A model generated the notes under the pieces. The model did no database searches and was not told the DNA's origin. It was given only the letters and a program-made list of their open reading frames with translations. 64,000 nt of DNA from a virus (taxonomy: Duplodnaviria > Heunggongvirae > Uroviricota > Caudoviricetes): IMG/VR virus record IMGVR_UViG_2690316311_000019. One strand, 5' to 3'. Shown here piece by piece: positions 22,774 to 33,922 of this stretch. A program made the position numbers and the translations under genes. Numbering within the stretch: position 1 is the stretch's first letter; every line of letters starts with the position of its first letter.

Positions 22774-23289
22774 ATGGCGTTAACACACCGAGAACTCTGT
22801 CAGATTGCGTACAAGTTCCTTAAGCGCAACGGGTTCAAGGTTTGCTTTCATGACCGCTTTATAGCTGTAACCAGTACCGGAGAACAGCCAGATGCTATGG
22901 GATTCAGAAATTCAGCATCATGCCTGATAGAGGCGAAGTGTTCTCGTGCTGACTTGTTGGCAGATAAAAAAAAGCGTTTCCGTAAAAATCCGTCTCTTGG
23001 AATGGGCGACTGGCGATTCTTTATTAGTGAGCCGGGAATTATTTCAATTGAGGATTTACCACCTGGCTGGGGATTACTTCACGTTGTTAACGGAAGAGTA
23101 CGGAAAGTACATGGGTGGCCCAAGGGTAATTGCTGTTGGGGTAACCCTGAAGATAAACCTTTTATTGGGAATAAGCAGGTTGAATGCGATTACATGTTAT
23201 CTGCATTAAGGCGCATGGAGTTGAGAGGGCACCTTAATGAAATATATGACGGTGTAATTGTTAATAAGAAAGAAGGAAACGCGGCATGA
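22774..23289 (+). CDS. PD-(D/E)xK nuclease-like protein
   Basis: PDAMGF...CLIEAKCSRADL motif; ATG with AAAGGAGAG RBS. Confidence 0.5.
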   Translation: MALTHRELCQIAYKFLKRNGFKVCFHDRFIAVTSTGEQPDAMGFRNSASCLIEAKCSRADLLADKKKRFRKNPSLGMGDWRFFISEPGIISIEDLPPGWGLLHVVNGRVRKVHGWPKGNCCWGNPEDKPFIGNKQVECDYMLSALRRMELRGHLNEIYDGVIVNKKEGNAA

Positions 23290-24143
23290 TCACTATTACC
23301 AAAGAGCGACTGCTGACAATCAAGCAGTGGCGCGAAACATACGGACCTGATAGCAACGTTGTACTGCCAGCAGAAGAAGCGGAAGAACTGGCGCGTATCG
23401 TGCTGGCATCGCTGGAAGCAGAGCCTGTTCTGTATCAGTCCTGCACTCGCCCCACCTGGAATAGCGGTGTTCCGTGGACGGAATGGAAAGAACGTAGTCG
23501 TGAGTGCTACGAAGACGATTTGCGTTTTACAGACACGCCTGACCATGCCGGTTGGATATACAAATGTCGAAAACTATATACCACTCCGCCAGCGCCGATA
23601 GCGTTAGAGGCCATTGAAAACGCAATTGAATACATTCGTAGTATCGCTTTTCACATCGATGAAGACGATTACCACGGCAAACATATTGCGTATTTCATGC
23701 GACAAGCATTGGCCTGGCTGGAAGGGCATTCATGCAGCGACGACAGACTGGGTAAAGCCGACAATCAGCCAGCATCTGGCAACCAGGCTGCCGAATCCAA
23801 TCGCGGTAATGAGTGGACCGGCAATCCTGATATTGATAACGCCATCATCATGCTCGACCGCATAGATACGCTGGAAAATTGCGATGATGACCGTATTGAG
23901 GCTGTTAAGGCTGTTTTGCGTAGACTGGCAGGCAACTCTCCGGTAACTCCGGATGGTTGGATAAGCTGTAGTGAGCGAATGCCACCTCAAGATGATTGGA
24001 TTTTAATTTATTCAAAGCACGGCGAGTATATGGCAGGACAGGTACAAGGGGAATACGTGGAGTTGAGCGACGGCACTTTATCGTGGTTAGGGAACGCCTT
24101 GTTCTGGATGCCGCTACCAGAACCGCCGCAGGAGGCGAAATGA
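23286..24143 (+). CDS. Hypothetical protein
   Basis: 285-aa ORF coupled to neighbours. Confidence 0.55.
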   Translation: MITITKERLLTIKQWRETYGPDSNVVLPAEEAEELARIVLASLEAEPVLYQSCTRPTWNSGVPWTEWKERSRECYEDDLRFTDTPDHAGWIYKCRKLYTTPPAPIALEAIENAIEYIRSIAFHIDEDDYHGKHIAYFMRQALAWLEGHSCSDDRLGKADNQPASGNQAAESNRGNEWTGNPDIDNAIIMLDRIDTLENCDDDRIEAVKAVLRRLAGNSPVTPDGWISCSERMPPQDDWILIYSKHGEYMAGQVQGEYVELSDGTLSWLGNALFWMPLPEPPQEAK

Positions 24144-24400
24144 TGGATGTAAAAGAGAAGGTTTTGCAGGTGATGCGTTCCCGGGCTGCCCTGCAAGATA
24201 AAGCTCTCGGCGGGGAATATCCATTCAGGATGGCAACCTGGAATCTGCGGTTGGCAATGGAGAAGGAATTTCCTGATGAAGAATGGCGTTCGGCAGATTT
24301 GCGCAAAATTCTTATGGAGCTGGCTAAAGACGGAACAGTATCCAAAGATACCCATGCCAGCCGGATTGGTCAGGCGGTATGGAGACTGGAGGTGAGGTAA
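24141..24400 (+). CDS. Small hypothetical protein
   Basis: ATG at 24141 within track ORF. Confidence 0.45.
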
Positions 24401-24681
24401 TGGCTAACCTGCAACTTGCCGTTAAAGGTGAATACTTCGATGCCATGATTCGCGGGGAGAAAACGGAAGAGTATCGCCTGTGTAATGACTACTGGAATAA
24501 GCGCCTCGTTAACTGTAAGTATGACCGCCTGATTATCACAAAGGGATATCCGAAGCGCGAAGACTTCAGTCGCAGAATTGACGTCCCGTATAACGGATAT
24601 GAAATAAAAACAATCACACATCCACACTTCGGTGATAAACCGGTAAAGGTGTTCGCGATAAAAGTGAAGATTAATAGCTAA
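24400..24681 (+). CDS. Small ASCH-like protein
   Basis: RGEKTEEYR motif. Confidence 0.45.
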   Translation: MANLQLAVKGEYFDAMIRGEKTEEYRLCNDYWNKRLVNCKYDRLIITKGYPKREDFSRRIDVPYNGYEIKTITHPHFGDKPVKVFAIKVKINS

Positions 24682-24704
24682 ATTTCAATTAACACGGAGT
24701 AATT

Positions 24705-24998
24705 ATGTGGCGCGGTAATAATCATGGCGGAAGTCAGATGATACTTACCGAATATACGTTCGACCACAAAACCAATAAATCACGTTCAGTATATTTGCTT
24801 CGGCACAATAGCCGCGTAAGAAATACCGTTCTGGAGCAAAATCTGACCGTTGAAATGGATAATTTGGGAAACTTCAAGCCAACAATATCGCTTGATGATT
24901 TTCCGTGTGGTTTAAGCGAAAGAGAAGCAATGCTGAAATTAGCAGAATGGCTACAAAGATTAAGCATTGCTATTGAAGATAACTGGCCTGAACCTTAA
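24705..24998 (+). CDS. Hypothetical protein
   Basis: ORF. Confidence 0.45.
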   Translation: MWRGNNHGGSQMILTEYTFDHKTNKSRSVYLLRHNSRVRNTVLEQNLTVEMDNLGNFKPTISLDDFPCGLSEREAMLKLAEWLQRLSIAIEDNWPEP

Positions 24999-25004
24999 AT
25001 TAAT

Positions 25005-25379
25005 ATGATGACACTAAAACATTTTCTTGACCGCCCATTATGGGCGGCAGCCGCAGGCTATGACTTTAATTATATGGATTGCATGTCTTATACTGCCAAT
25101 GCATACGACCATTCGTTCAGCCTGCTGTTTAATTCTTTAAGAATATTGCCGGAAACAGAAGTTGGAGAGCTTCATTTATGGATATTGGGCTTTATCGCGG
25201 CTGGAGTTGGTATTGCCGTATGGCCTTTTATTTTCTGGCTGGTGGCTGTTGTAGTGTGGTTTAAGTGCAAGACGTACCGGAAAAAGTATTTCTTAGGTGA
25301 TGGAATGACTGATATTGCCAAAATGAACATTGAAAAATGGACTAAGGAATGTGAAAAGAAATGGCGCAAAAAGAAATGA
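25005..25379 (+). CDS. Hypothetical membrane protein
   Basis: Hydrophobic helices. Confidence 0.5.
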   Translation: MMTLKHFLDRPLWAAAAGYDFNYMDCMSYTANAYDHSFSLLFNSLRILPETEVGELHLWILGFIAAGVGIAVWPFIFWLVAVVVWFKCKTYRKKYFLGDGMTDIAKMNIEKWTKECEKKWRKKK

Positions 25380-26050
25380 CTACTCTAACGACAGCATACT
25401 TACAGCAATTGGTATTTTTTGCAGGCGAGGCTACTTGTCATCCTGACGCAAACTATTTATTGGAATTTGAGAGGTTAGCGTCACCCGGTATCGTTCTGGA
25501 ACTGGCCCAACAGGTGCTGGCCTTGAGACAAAAAGAGCAACATGAAAGTAATACGTGTAGATTGAATTTTGAGCAGTGGCTGGAACAGCAACGCGGAAAA
25601 ATCGATGTGGACTGTGGTTGTGTGTCCACTGAAACATTCATGCACTGGCTGCGGGTAGCTTACGAGGCTGGCAACTATCCGGATATTCCGGATATTCCGG
25701 ATAGTTCGGTGCCAGCGCCAGGAAAGGGCGTCACAGGTGAACGTATCCGCATTAAGCCGCATGTTTATCGCGAACTGGTTAACCGTCTCCACGATACAGC
25801 GATCAAGTGTGCAGGCACCCAGCAATTACGAGAAAGAATTAGCCGTGTTTTGGGCGACGTTATTACGCCAGACCATCATAAACAAGCCGAGAAAAGTGAC
25901 CTGGAAAGGTGTCACCTTGAGGCGGCATTAAACATTAAGCCGGGGCATACGCTTGGCATTATCGATGCTCTGTTGGTTCATAAGATGGCCAGGGCTTTAT
26001 TGCCGCTGGTGGCTGAAAAGCATGAGGCGGACCATGCCAACGAAAGCTGA
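25361..26050 (+). CDS. Hypothetical protein
   Basis: 229-aa ORF. Confidence 0.5.
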   Translation: MAQKEMTTLTTAYLQQLVFFAGEATCHPDANYLLEFERLASPGIVLELAQQVLALRQKEQHESNTCRLNFEQWLEQQRGKIDVDCGCVSTETFMHWLRVAYEAGNYPDIPDIPDSSVPAPGKGVTGERIRIKPHVYRELVNRLHDTAIKCAGTQQLRERISRVLGDVITPDHHKQAEKSDLERCHLEAALNIKPGHTLGIIDALLVHKMARALLPLVAEKHEADHANES

Positions 26051-26318
26051 GTTACAGGCGCGCATAGATATTCTTGAAAAAGAGAATGCGAGTCTAAAAG
26101 GAATGCTGGCGCGGGCGGAAAGGGAATTATCAGGCAAATTATTGCCAGAAGAGCTGCCACCAGCAGATATACCTGATCGAGTGTCCTGGTGGATGAAGTA
26201 TTTCCGTGCACCGTGGGAGGCGTTTTGGTGCTACGACCATCGCAGATGGTGTGATGAGCTTGATAGCAGTTTCCCCTATTTTGCGGAAGGGAACTCTTGC
26301 CCTGAATGTAGGAGTTAA
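26034..26318 (+). CDS. Small coiled-coil / Cys-His motif protein, paralog 1
   Basis: C-terminal WEAFWCYDHRRWCDELDSSFPYFAEGNSCPEC. Confidence 0.5.
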   Translation: MPTKAELQARIDILEKENASLKGMLARAERELSGKLLPEELPPADIPDRVSWWMKYFRAPWEAFWCYDHRRWCDELDSSFPYFAEGNSCPECRS

Positions 26319-26623
26319 TGATGACCGGAGAGCTTTATTTTAAAATGGCACGGGAGCGGCGTGTGCATCTGGATCGGATATTTCATCTCCAGAAGAGAGT
26401 AGAAGAACTGGAACGTCGTCTGAACTGTTATCCTGTTGATATGGTGTCTGCAATACCGCCGATTCCAATAGAAATGCAGATCCGCCTATGGATGGAAGAA
26501 TATGGAATGCCGTGGGAGATATTTTTCTGCTTCGACCATAAACAGTGGGTAGATGAGCTGGATAATAGTTTCCCATATTTCACAGAGAACACATGCCCAG
26601 TATGCAGGAAGAACGGAATATGA
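26318..26623 (+). CDS. Small coiled-coil / Cys-His motif protein, paralog 2
   Basis: C-terminal WEIFFCFDHKQWVDELDNSFPYFTENTCPVC. Confidence 0.5.
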   Translation: MMTGELYFKMARERRVHLDRIFHLQKRVEELERRLNCYPVDMVSAIPPIPIEMQIRLWMEEYGMPWEIFFCFDHKQWVDELDNSFPYFTENTCPVCRKNGI

Positions 26624-27144
26624 CAAAATTTGGAAAGCTGGAAGCTCATTTGCTAACTCGTAACTACCGCCATGATATACACCCATATAGACAGTGGATC
26701 GATGAAAGTGAAGGAGTAGTTACATTCCCTCTATACAGGTTTGATGGGATGTTGGCTGGGTATCAGACATATAGACCAGGTGCTCCTAAGCAGCATAGCA
26801 ATCCGAAGATGGCCCGGTATTTCACGCGATCACATGGCAGACAGTTACTTTGGGGAACCTATCTTCCTTTAAAAGATGGCCCAATATGGATAACTGAGTC
26901 TATTTTTAAGAGCGCAGCTGTACACAACGCGGGCGGCAATTCGTGGGCGCTGTTAGGTTCGACTTTCTCCGCAGGATTACGCCGTCAACTTGCGATGCTG
27001 CCGTATGACTTTCGTGTAATAGGTGACAATGATGCGGCTGGTGAATTACTTGTGAAGTCTTTCGGAAAAGGTTTTGTGGCCCCGGATCTTGACGAGCTAC
27101 AACCACATGAAGTGTCTCATTTGATTTTTAGCCATAGCCAATAA
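26620..27144 (+). CDS. Toprim-domain protein
   Basis: Conserved E (ITESIF) and DxD (GDNDAAG) motifs. Confidence 0.55.
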   Translation: MTKFGKLEAHLLTRNYRHDIHPYRQWIDESEGVVTFPLYRFDGMLAGYQTYRPGAPKQHSNPKMARYFTRSHGRQLLWGTYLPLKDGPIWITESIFKSAAVHNAGGNSWALLGSTFSAGLRRQLAMLPYDFRVIGDNDAAGELLVKSFGKGFVAPDLDELQPHEVSHLIFSHSQ

Positions 27145-27204
27145 GCATCTCTCCCCTTTGAGGCCACAATTAGTGGCCTTAAACAATGTGTTTTCTACCT
27201 CGAT

Positions 27205-27420
27205 TTAGCCTCTATTATCGTTTTGCATTTCTCTAATCCGGTTCAGAACTACTTCATGCTGGGCTTGGATAGCGGCTTTTTCGTTTTCAAGTCGGGCAAT
27301 AGACATCTCTAATTCTTTGCTGTACCAGGCGAGTTGGGCCAGGTTCATCCGGTTGTGGTCGAGAGTTGGAGACACTTCGACGCGATCCCTTTCTTCCTGC
27401 TTTAATGAGAAGAGATTCAT
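27205..27420 (-). CDS. Small hypothetical protein
   Basis: 71-aa ORF. Confidence 0.4.
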   Translation of the reverse strand: MNLFSLKQEERDRVEVSPTLDHNRMNLAQLAWYSKELEMSIARLENEKAAIQAQHEVVLNRIREMQNDNRG

Positions 27421-27450
27421 CTCATCCCTTGAGGAAAATTCAGCAACAAT

Positions 27451-27786
27451 TTATTGTTGATGATCCGGTCGCTGCGGCATCCTCGCCAGTATAAATGGCG
27501 GTTCTTTTGAAAACATGAATGTCGGTTCAGACCGTGTTTTTACCCAGCTTGCCTGCTGTCTTTCGGCAAGTTCACAGGCTTCATCATAGTTATTTGCCAA
27601 ACCAAGCACGGATGGACGGTCCCACGCGCCACCATTCAGACAATAAACAACAATTTTCCCGTCATGTTCTGTAACCCCATAGGGATGGTCCCACCAGGCG
27701 TCCAGCTGAGCTTTAGAGCGTCTCTCGTTAGGAGTGCAGTCAAAATTTTTGGGCAATACAGGATCGAGAGGAATGCGATTAGGCAT
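27451..27786 (-). CDS. Hypothetical protein divergent from humD
   Basis: 111-aa ORF. Confidence 0.5.
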   Translation of the reverse strand: MPNRIPLDPVLPKNFDCTPNERRSKAQLDAWWDHPYGVTEHDGKIVVYCLNGGAWDRPSVLGLANNYDEACELAERQQASWVKTRSEPTFMFSKEPPFILARMPQRPDHQQ

Positions 27787-27921
27787 AGCTAATTCCTTAT
27801 TAACTGATTGGCAATGAGGTTACGCTGATCCGTTGGTGATGAATAGTAGCAAAGCGCACAAAATCATCTGCGGTGGTTGATGTACATAACGCGTTTGCAC
27901 CAAAGGTGTCTCTTTAATGTA

Positions 27922-27941
27922 TACTGTATAAATGAACAGTA
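27922..27941 (+). promoter_or_regulatory. LexA (SOS) box upstream of humD
   Basis: TACTGTATAAATGAACAGTA = CTGT-N8-ACAG, about 20 bp before humD start. Confidence 0.8.
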
Positions 27942-27960
27942 TTATTGAGGTGAAAACGCT

Positions 27961-28350
27961 ATGGGCTTCCCTTCTCCTGCGGCGGATTATGTTGAAAGCA
28001 GAATTTCTCTTGATCAGCAACTAATCAGGCATCCATCAGCGACCTACTTCATGCGGGCGGCAGACAGCCATCACCGTGAGGGAATATTGCAGGGTGCTTT
28101 GCTGGTGGTTGATTCCTCGCTTACTCCGGTTGATGGTTCGCTGCTTGTCTGCGCTATGGAGGGTGAATATCGCATAAAGAGATACCGAAAGTATCCGCGC
28201 CAGCACCTGGAGGATTTAAGCACCGGGAAGAAAGAGGCGTTACCAGTAGATGACGATGGTTACACGGGTAGTAATGCTGTTTTTGGTGTGATCACTCATG
28301 TCATCAATGATGCCCGATGTGGGGAGTTTGATGATTGTCCGATCATTTAA
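27961..28350 (+). CDS. humD: UmuD homolog
   Basis: UmuD'-like peptidase S24 fold, 129 aa, matches P1 HumD by recall. Confidence 0.88.
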   Translation: MGFPSPAADYVESRISLDQQLIRHPSATYFMRAADSHHREGILQGALLVVDSSLTPVDGSLLVCAMEGEYRIKRYRKYPRQHLEDLSTGKKEALPVDDDGYTGSNAVFGVITHVINDARCGEFDDCPII

Positions 28351-28416
28351 GCTGCAAAGTGCTGGTGCTTTATGCCTGTGAAGTTTATAATTGTGTACAC
28401 ATAACGAGTACACGAG

Positions 28417-28644
28417 GTGTTTATGCAATCCATTAACTTCCGTACCGCGCGTGGCAACCTTTCTGAAGTGCTTAACAATGTTGAAGCCGGGGAAGAGGTT
28501 GAAATCACCCGCAGAGGCCGTGAGCCAGCAGTAATTGTCAGCAAGGCTACTTTCGAAGCCTACAAAAAAGCGGCGCTGGATGCTGAATTTGCATCCCTGT
28601 TTGACACCCTGGACTCCACCAACAAGGAACTGGTTAACCGATAA
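28417..28644 (+). CDS. phd: Antitoxin Phd
   Basis: Sequence matches P1 Phd by recall; overlaps doc. Confidence 0.9.
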
Positions 28645-29024
28645 TGAGGCATATATCACCGGAAGAACTTATTGCGCTTCATGATGCGAATATAAGCCGC
28701 TACGGCGGCCTGCCGGGAATGTCAGATCCGGGTAGGGCAGAGGCCATTATCGGGAGAGTTCAGGCCAGAGTTGCCTACGAAGAGATCACCGACCTTTTCG
28801 AAGTCTCCGCCACCTACCTGGTGGCTACGGCGAGAGGGCATATATTCAATGATGCCAATAAGCGTACCGCGCTAAACAGTGCGCTGTTATTTCTACGCCG
28901 TAACGGGGTGCAGGTATTTGATTCACCTGAACTGGCAGACCTTACCGTAGGGGCTGCGACTGGCGAGATATCTGTATCTTCTGTCGCCGCCACGTTACGT
29001 AGATTGTATGGTTCTGCGGAGTAG
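28644..29024 (+). CDS. doc: Toxin Doc (Fic-fold kinase)
   Basis: 126 aa with [11 protein letters not shown] motif. Confidence 0.92.
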
Positions 29025-29208
29025 ATTAATGGCACGCAAATACAACAAATTGTCCCGTGAAGCGTTAAAGATGCTTCTTGATGGCGTGAGTCGCCGCGAG
29101 GTAAAGCAATACCTGGTTGGTAAGCAAATTAGAGCCAGGACTGCTATTGCTGTGTTATGCCGTCAGGAAATGGTTGTGCTTAAACAGAGAATGCCGGGCA
29201 GCAGATAA
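29008..29208 (+). CDS. pdcA: Small protein downstream of doc
   Basis: Position as in P1. Confidence 0.5.
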
Positions 29209-29235
29209 AGCCCAATCAGTGATGAAAGGTGTGAT

Positions 29236-30279
29236 GTGAAAGCCGTAATTACTCCCTTTGTACAAAAAGAGCTTGGCGTCGCCACATTCAAAGTGGATCA
29301 GGAAGTCAGAAAGCTGGTGGAGGCTGGCCGTAAATTTATTATGGAGCCGGTGCCGCGTGAGTTAATCGAGCACATGGACGACGGCCTCGTTGTTTCCGAG
29401 CAAACTATGGCAACAAATGAGGCGTTGCAGCCGTTTTTTAACAGCGATGAACTGTTTCGCCGTATTGGTGGAATTGACGCGCTGGTGGCGTGGTTGCGCA
29501 GGAAAGAGGGGCAATGCCAGGCCGCAGATCGTAGCTGGTGTGACAACCATATTGTCCACGCAGAACGAGACAATAGCGCGGTGTTGTTGTGCTGGCATCA
29601 CGATAACCATTACCGGATGCGTGGTTTTAATGAGCTGAAAGAAACGCTGCATAATAATCGCGTTAACTGGATACTGGATGTCGCCCGTCAGGAAATGGGG
29701 CTTTCAGATGGCCATGATTTAAGTATTCAGGAACTGTGCTGGTGGGCTTTCATGCGCAACATGATGCACCTGATGCCGGAAGAAGTTTGCCGCATATCAA
29801 TAAATAAGATGAAGGCTGCTCCGCAGGATAGCGGACCTTTGAAAGAGGCGGATATTCGCCCGTACGACGATCGTGCTACAGCATATGTTCAGATGATGGA
29901 AGAACGCGCCGCGCCGATGCGTGCAAAAGTATGCCCTGTGGATGTTGACTCCGACCCTGGCATGGCGCATTTCAAAATACCAAAACTGCAATCGCTAAAA
30001 TTACCCGAGTACATGGACTTTGTTGCTTCCCGTCCGTGCTGTGGATGTGGAGCTGCGGGAGCTGGCGCTCGCATTACGCCTTATATCGTTCGTCATAGTC
30101 GATTATGCGCGCATGACATTTACGCAATTCCTCTGTGCCAGTCATGCCAGCGTGATATTGAGCGTGACCGCGATAATTGGGAGAAGACGCACGGCAGGCT
30201 GGCGATGCATCAACGATTGTTCTTTGATTACGCGCTTGGAGTCGGCGCTATCACAAGTCACTCGTCGAGCGTTAGATAA
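29236..30279 (+). CDS. pdcB: Protein downstream of doc
   Basis: 347-aa ORF, P1 synteny. Confidence 0.65.
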   Translation: MKAVITPFVQKELGVATFKVDQEVRKLVEAGRKFIMEPVPRELIEHMDDGLVVSEQTMATNEALQPFFNSDELFRRIGGIDALVAWLRRKEGQCQAADRSWCDNHIVHAERDNSAVLLCWHHDNHYRMRGFNELKETLHNNRVNWILDVARQEMGLSDGHDLSIQELCWWAFMRNMMHLMPEEVCRISINKMKAAPQDSGPLKEADIRPYDDRATAYVQMMEERAAPMRAKVCPVDVDSDPGMAHFKIPKLQSLKLPEYMDFVASRPCCGCGAAGAGARITPYIVRHSRLCAHDIYAIPLCQSCQRDIERDRDNWEKTHGRLAMHQRLFFDYALGVGAITSHSSSVR

Positions 30280-30280
30280 A

Positions 30281-30297
30281 ATTGCTCTAATGTATTG
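30281..30297 (+). promoter_or_regulatory. C1 operator upstream of lpa
   Basis: ATTGCTCTAATGTATTG. Confidence 0.7.
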
Positions 30298-30367
30298 CTA
30301 TTTCTTTAATCGAGGGTATTATATTCCACGTTGATTAGTTGACATGGGCTAATCAGTAGGTGACAGG

Positions 30368-30820
30368 ATGTTACTTAACTGGCAGGGACGCCACTTCATG
30401 GAAATAAATCACTCACGAATAACATCGTACGAGATTGCGGATTACATGATCCGCACTAAATCTCTTCTATCAGCGAAAGAACTCGCAGCAATTCTTGAAA
30501 AGGAATACCCGCATCTGGATGTCGATAAGCGCGATGTTTATCTGCGCTTAAAGGCTATCGCTGTGTCTAAGTATTCGTCTGTTTTGATTGATGACAGTAC
30601 ACGCCCACGTAGATTTCAGATCCACTCTCTGAATCCTGAATTCTTTCGCCGTAGCCGCGCTCCGCGCCGGTTTGATGAAAAACTCCAGAACGAACTCTAT
30701 ATGACGCAGGACGAAAAGGAACGCCGGGAGCACCAGCCTTGGGTAATGGCGCGTCAACTTTTCAATAAGGTGGCCCGTCAGCACCGTCATTACGGTAATG
30801 CCACATCCGCACGTATCTGA
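30368..30820 (+). CDS. lpa: Late promoter activator
   Basis: 150-aa ORF after C1 operator and before pacA. Confidence 0.7.
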   Translation: MLLNWQGRHFMEINHSRITSYEIADYMIRTKSLLSAKELAAILEKEYPHLDVDKRDVYLRLKAIAVSKYSSVLIDDSTRPRRFQIHSLNPEFFRRSRAPRRFDEKLQNELYMTQDEKERREHQPWVMARQLFNKVARQHRHYGNATSARI

Positions 30821-30905
30821 TTGATTGCTTGCCCGTTCCGGGCCTTTTGACATGTGACTTTCGTTACCCTCGCGTCAAAAAGAGTTTTTACGAAAGGAAG
30901 CATAA

Positions 30906-32099
30906 GTGACCTGGGACGATCACAAGAAGAATTTTGCTCGCCTGGCGCGAGATGGTGGTTACACCATCGCACAGTATGCCGCCGAGTTTAATCTTAACCC
31001 TAATACTGCACGTCGTTATCTCCGTGCCTTCAAAGAAGACACCAGGACAGCGGACAGCCGCAAGCCAAATAAGCCAGTCAGGAAGCCACTAAAAAGCATG
31101 ATCATTGATCACTCTAATGATCAACATGCAGGTAATCACATTGCGGCTGAAATAGCGGAAAAACAAAGGGTTAATGCCGTTGTCAGTGCCGCAGTCGAGA
31201 ATGCGAAGCGCCAAAATAAGCGCATAAATGATCGTTCTGATGATCATGACGTGATCACCCGCGCCCACCGGACCTTACGTGATCGCCTGGAACGCGACAC
31301 CCTGGATGATGATGGTGAACGCTTTGAATTCGAAGCTGGCGATTACCTGATAGATAACGTTGAAGCGCGGAAGGCCGCGCGCGCTATGTTGCGTCGGTCC
31401 GGGGCCGATGTTCTGGAAACCACTCTTCTGGAAAAGTCTCTTTCTCATCTCCTTATGCTGGAGAACGCCAGGGATACGTGTATTCGTCTGGTGCAGGAAA
31501 TGCGCGATCAGCAAAAAGACGATGATGAAGGGACTCCGCCTGAATATCGTATCGCGAGCATGCTAAACAGCTGTTCCGCGCAGATAAGCAGCCTGATCAA
31601 CACCATTTACAGCATCCGGAATAACTATCGAAAAGAAAGCCGGGAGGCGGAAAAGCACGCTTTATCTATGGGGCAAGCTGGCATTGTTAAGCTGGCATAC
31701 GAACGAAAGCGTGAAAATAACTGGTCAGTGCTGGAAGCAGCTGAATTCATCGAGGCGCATGGCGGGAAAGTGCCGCCCCTGATGCTGGAGCAAATCAAAG
31801 CCGATCTGCGTGCTCCTAAGACCAATACCGATGATGAGGAAAGGCAAACAGCCGTCGGTGGCCCTTCTCTTGAAGATCTGGACAAAGTTGCGCGAGAACG
31901 GGCCGCCAACCGCCGCGCGGATGCCGCATTGTGGATTGAGCAGCGTAGGGAAGAAATCGCCGATATCGTTGATACAGGCGGTTATGGAGATGTTGATACT
32001 GAAGGTGCATCAAACGACCCATGGCTGGAACAAGACCTGGACGAAGACGAGGAGGAAGACGAAGAAGTTACCCGCAAGCTATACGGGGATGATGATTAA
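30906..32099 (+). CDS. pacA: Terminase small/pac-recognition subunit PacA
   Basis: 397 aa; contains pac hexamer cluster; acidic C-terminus. Confidence 0.88.
   Translation: MTWDDHKKNFARLARDGGYTIAQYAAEFNLNPNTARRYLRAFKEDTRTADSRKPNKPVRKPLKSMIIDHSNDQHAGNHIAAEIAEKQRVNAVVSAAVENAKRQNKRINDRSDDHDVITRAHRTLRDRLERDTLDDDGERFEFEAGDYLIDNVEARKAARAMLRRSGADVLETTLLEKSLSHLLMLENARDTCIRLVQEMRDQQKDDDEGTPPEYRIASMLNSCSAQISSLINTIYSIRNNYRKESREAEKHALSMGQAGIVKLAYERKRENNWSVLEAAEFIEAHGGKVPPLMLEQIKADLRAPKTNTDDEERQTAVGGPSLEDLDKVARERAANRRADAALWIEQRREEIADIVDTGGYGDVDTEGASNDPWLEQDLDEDEEEDEEVTRKLYGDDD
31099..31284 (+). promoter_or_regulatory. pac: pac packaging site: seven TGATC(A/G) hexamers in two clusters
   Basis: Hexamers at 31099, 31106, 31118 and 31229, 31241, 31252, 31279. 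Confidence 0.75.
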
Positions 32100-33583
32100 T
32101 GGCCAGAAGTTGCGTAACGGATCCACGTTGGCGCGAGCTGGTGGCGCTATATCGTTATGACTGGATTGCGGCCGCTGATGTTTTGTTCGGCAAAACACCT
32201 ACCTGGCAGCAGGATCTGATTATTGAGTCTGTGCAGGAACAGGGTAGCAAGACATCTGTTTCGTCTGGTCACGGTACCGGGAAATCAGACATGACTTCTA
32301 TCATGATCATGTTGTTCATAATCATGTATCCCGGTGCCCGAGCCATTATCGTTGCGAACAAAATTCAGCAGGTAATGACCGGTATATTCAAGTACATCAA
32401 GATAAACTGGGCTACTGCCACCAGCCGTTTCCCATGGCTTGCTGATTATTTTGTTCTGACAGAAACCGCTTTCTATGAGGTTACTGGTAAAGGTGTATGG
32501 ACTGTAGTACCGAAGGGCTTTCGTCTGGGAAGTGAAGAAGCTCTCGCCGGTGAACACGCAGATCATCTTCTGTATATTATCGATGAAGCCTCCGGTGTCA
32601 GTGATAGAGCTTTCGGTATCATCACCGGTGCTCTTACCGGACAGGATAACCGCATCTTATTACTGTCACAGCCTACACGCCCAAGCGGCTATTTCTACGA
32701 TACTCACCATAAACTGGCCAAGCGTCCTGGTAACCCTGATGGCGTTTATACGGCGATCACGCTTAACAGTGAGGAATCACCGCTGGTAACGCCAGCATTT
32801 ATCAAAATGAAGCTGGCGGAGTACGGCGGGCGCGATAACCCTATGTACATGATTAAGGTACGCGGCCTATTCCCTAAATCACAGGATGGCTTCCTTCTTG
32901 GACGTGATGAGGTTGAACGTGCAACGCGGCGGAAAGTCAAGATTGCAAAAGGATGGGGCTGGCTTGCATGTGTGGACGTTGCTGGTGGTACGGGACGGGA
33001 TAAGTCCGTTATCAATATCATGATGGTGTCCGGCCAGCGAAATAAACGCCGTGTAATCAACTATCGAATGCTGGAATACACAGACGTTACAGAAACGCAG
33101 CTTGCCGCCAAAATTTTCGCAGAATGTAATCCTGAGCGATTCCCAAATATCACCATAGCGATAGACGGCGATGGCCTGGGTAAAGCAACGGCGGATCTGA
33201 TGTACGAGTATTATGGTATTACCGTACAGCGTATACGCTGGGGTAAAAAGATGCATAGCCGTGAAGATAAGAGCCTGTACTTTGATAAACGTGCTTATGC
33301 CAACGTTCAAGCCGCAGAGGCCGTAAAATCTGGTCGTATGAGACTGGATAAGGGTAATGAAACTATTGAGGAAGCGTCGAAAATCCCTGTAGGGATTAAC
33401 TCCGCAGGTCAATGGAAAGTGATGAGTAAGGAGGATATGAAGAAAAAACTCAACCTGCACTCACCAGACCATTGGGATACATATTGTTTCGCTATGCTGG
33501 CTGATTATGTTCCCCAGGATGAAGTGCTTAGCGTCGAAGACGAAGCGCAGGTTGATGAAGCTCTGGCATGGCTTAATGAATGA
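32099..33583 (+). CDS. pacB: Terminase large subunit PacB
   Basis: 494 aa; Walker A-like GHGTGKS and Walker B LLYIIDEA. Confidence 0.9.
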   Translation: MARSCVTDPRWRELVALYRYDWIAAADVLFGKTPTWQQDLIIESVQEQGSKTSVSSGHGTGKSDMTSIMIMLFIIMYPGARAIIVANKIQQVMTGIFKYIKINWATATSRFPWLADYFVLTETAFYEVTGKGVWTVVPKGFRLGSEEALAGEHADHLLYIIDEASGVSDRAFGIITGALTGQDNRILLLSQPTRPSGYFYDTHHKLAKRPGNPDGVYTAITLNSEESPLVTPAFIKMKLAEYGGRDNPMYMIKVRGLFPKSQDGFLLGRDEVERATRRKVKIAKGWGWLACVDVAGGTGRDKSVINIMMVSGQRNKRRVINYRMLEYTDVTETQLAAKIFAECNPERFPNITIAIDGDGLGKATADLMYEYYGITVQRIRWGKKMHSREDKSLYFDKRAYANVQAAEAVKSGRMRLDKGNETIEEASKIPVGINSAGQWKVMSKEDMKKKLNLHSPDHWDTYCFAMLADYVPQDEVLSVEDEAQVDEALAWLNE

Positions 33584-33585
33584 AT

Positions 33586-33602
33586 ATTTGCTCTAATAAA
33601 TT
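33586..33602 (+). promoter_or_regulatory. C1 operator-like site
   Basis: ATTTGCTCTAATAAATT. Confidence 0.6.
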
Positions 33603-33922
33603 GTGTTTTTTAGCTACCGATGTTACATTGAACCTGACCTCTTGCGCCTTGAGGCATTTTCGGTTTATGCTTATCAGGCACCTCATTAAAACGGGTGCCG
33701 GGATTGGCCTCCCGCTTAAGTCTAAGGCGATACAGACGCCGCTCGCGTCTTTTTTTGTATCGGCGTACACGCACACCTCTACAATGGTGGGCTGTATGGG
33801 GCTACCTTCGGGTAGGCTGGTTACCTTGGACGCCAGTAAGGCCAACTCCGTACAGTCCACCGCCAGCAAGATTGGTCTCTTCTGCGGTGGTTACATACCA
33901 ACGTCTAAGGAGGCTGCCAATA

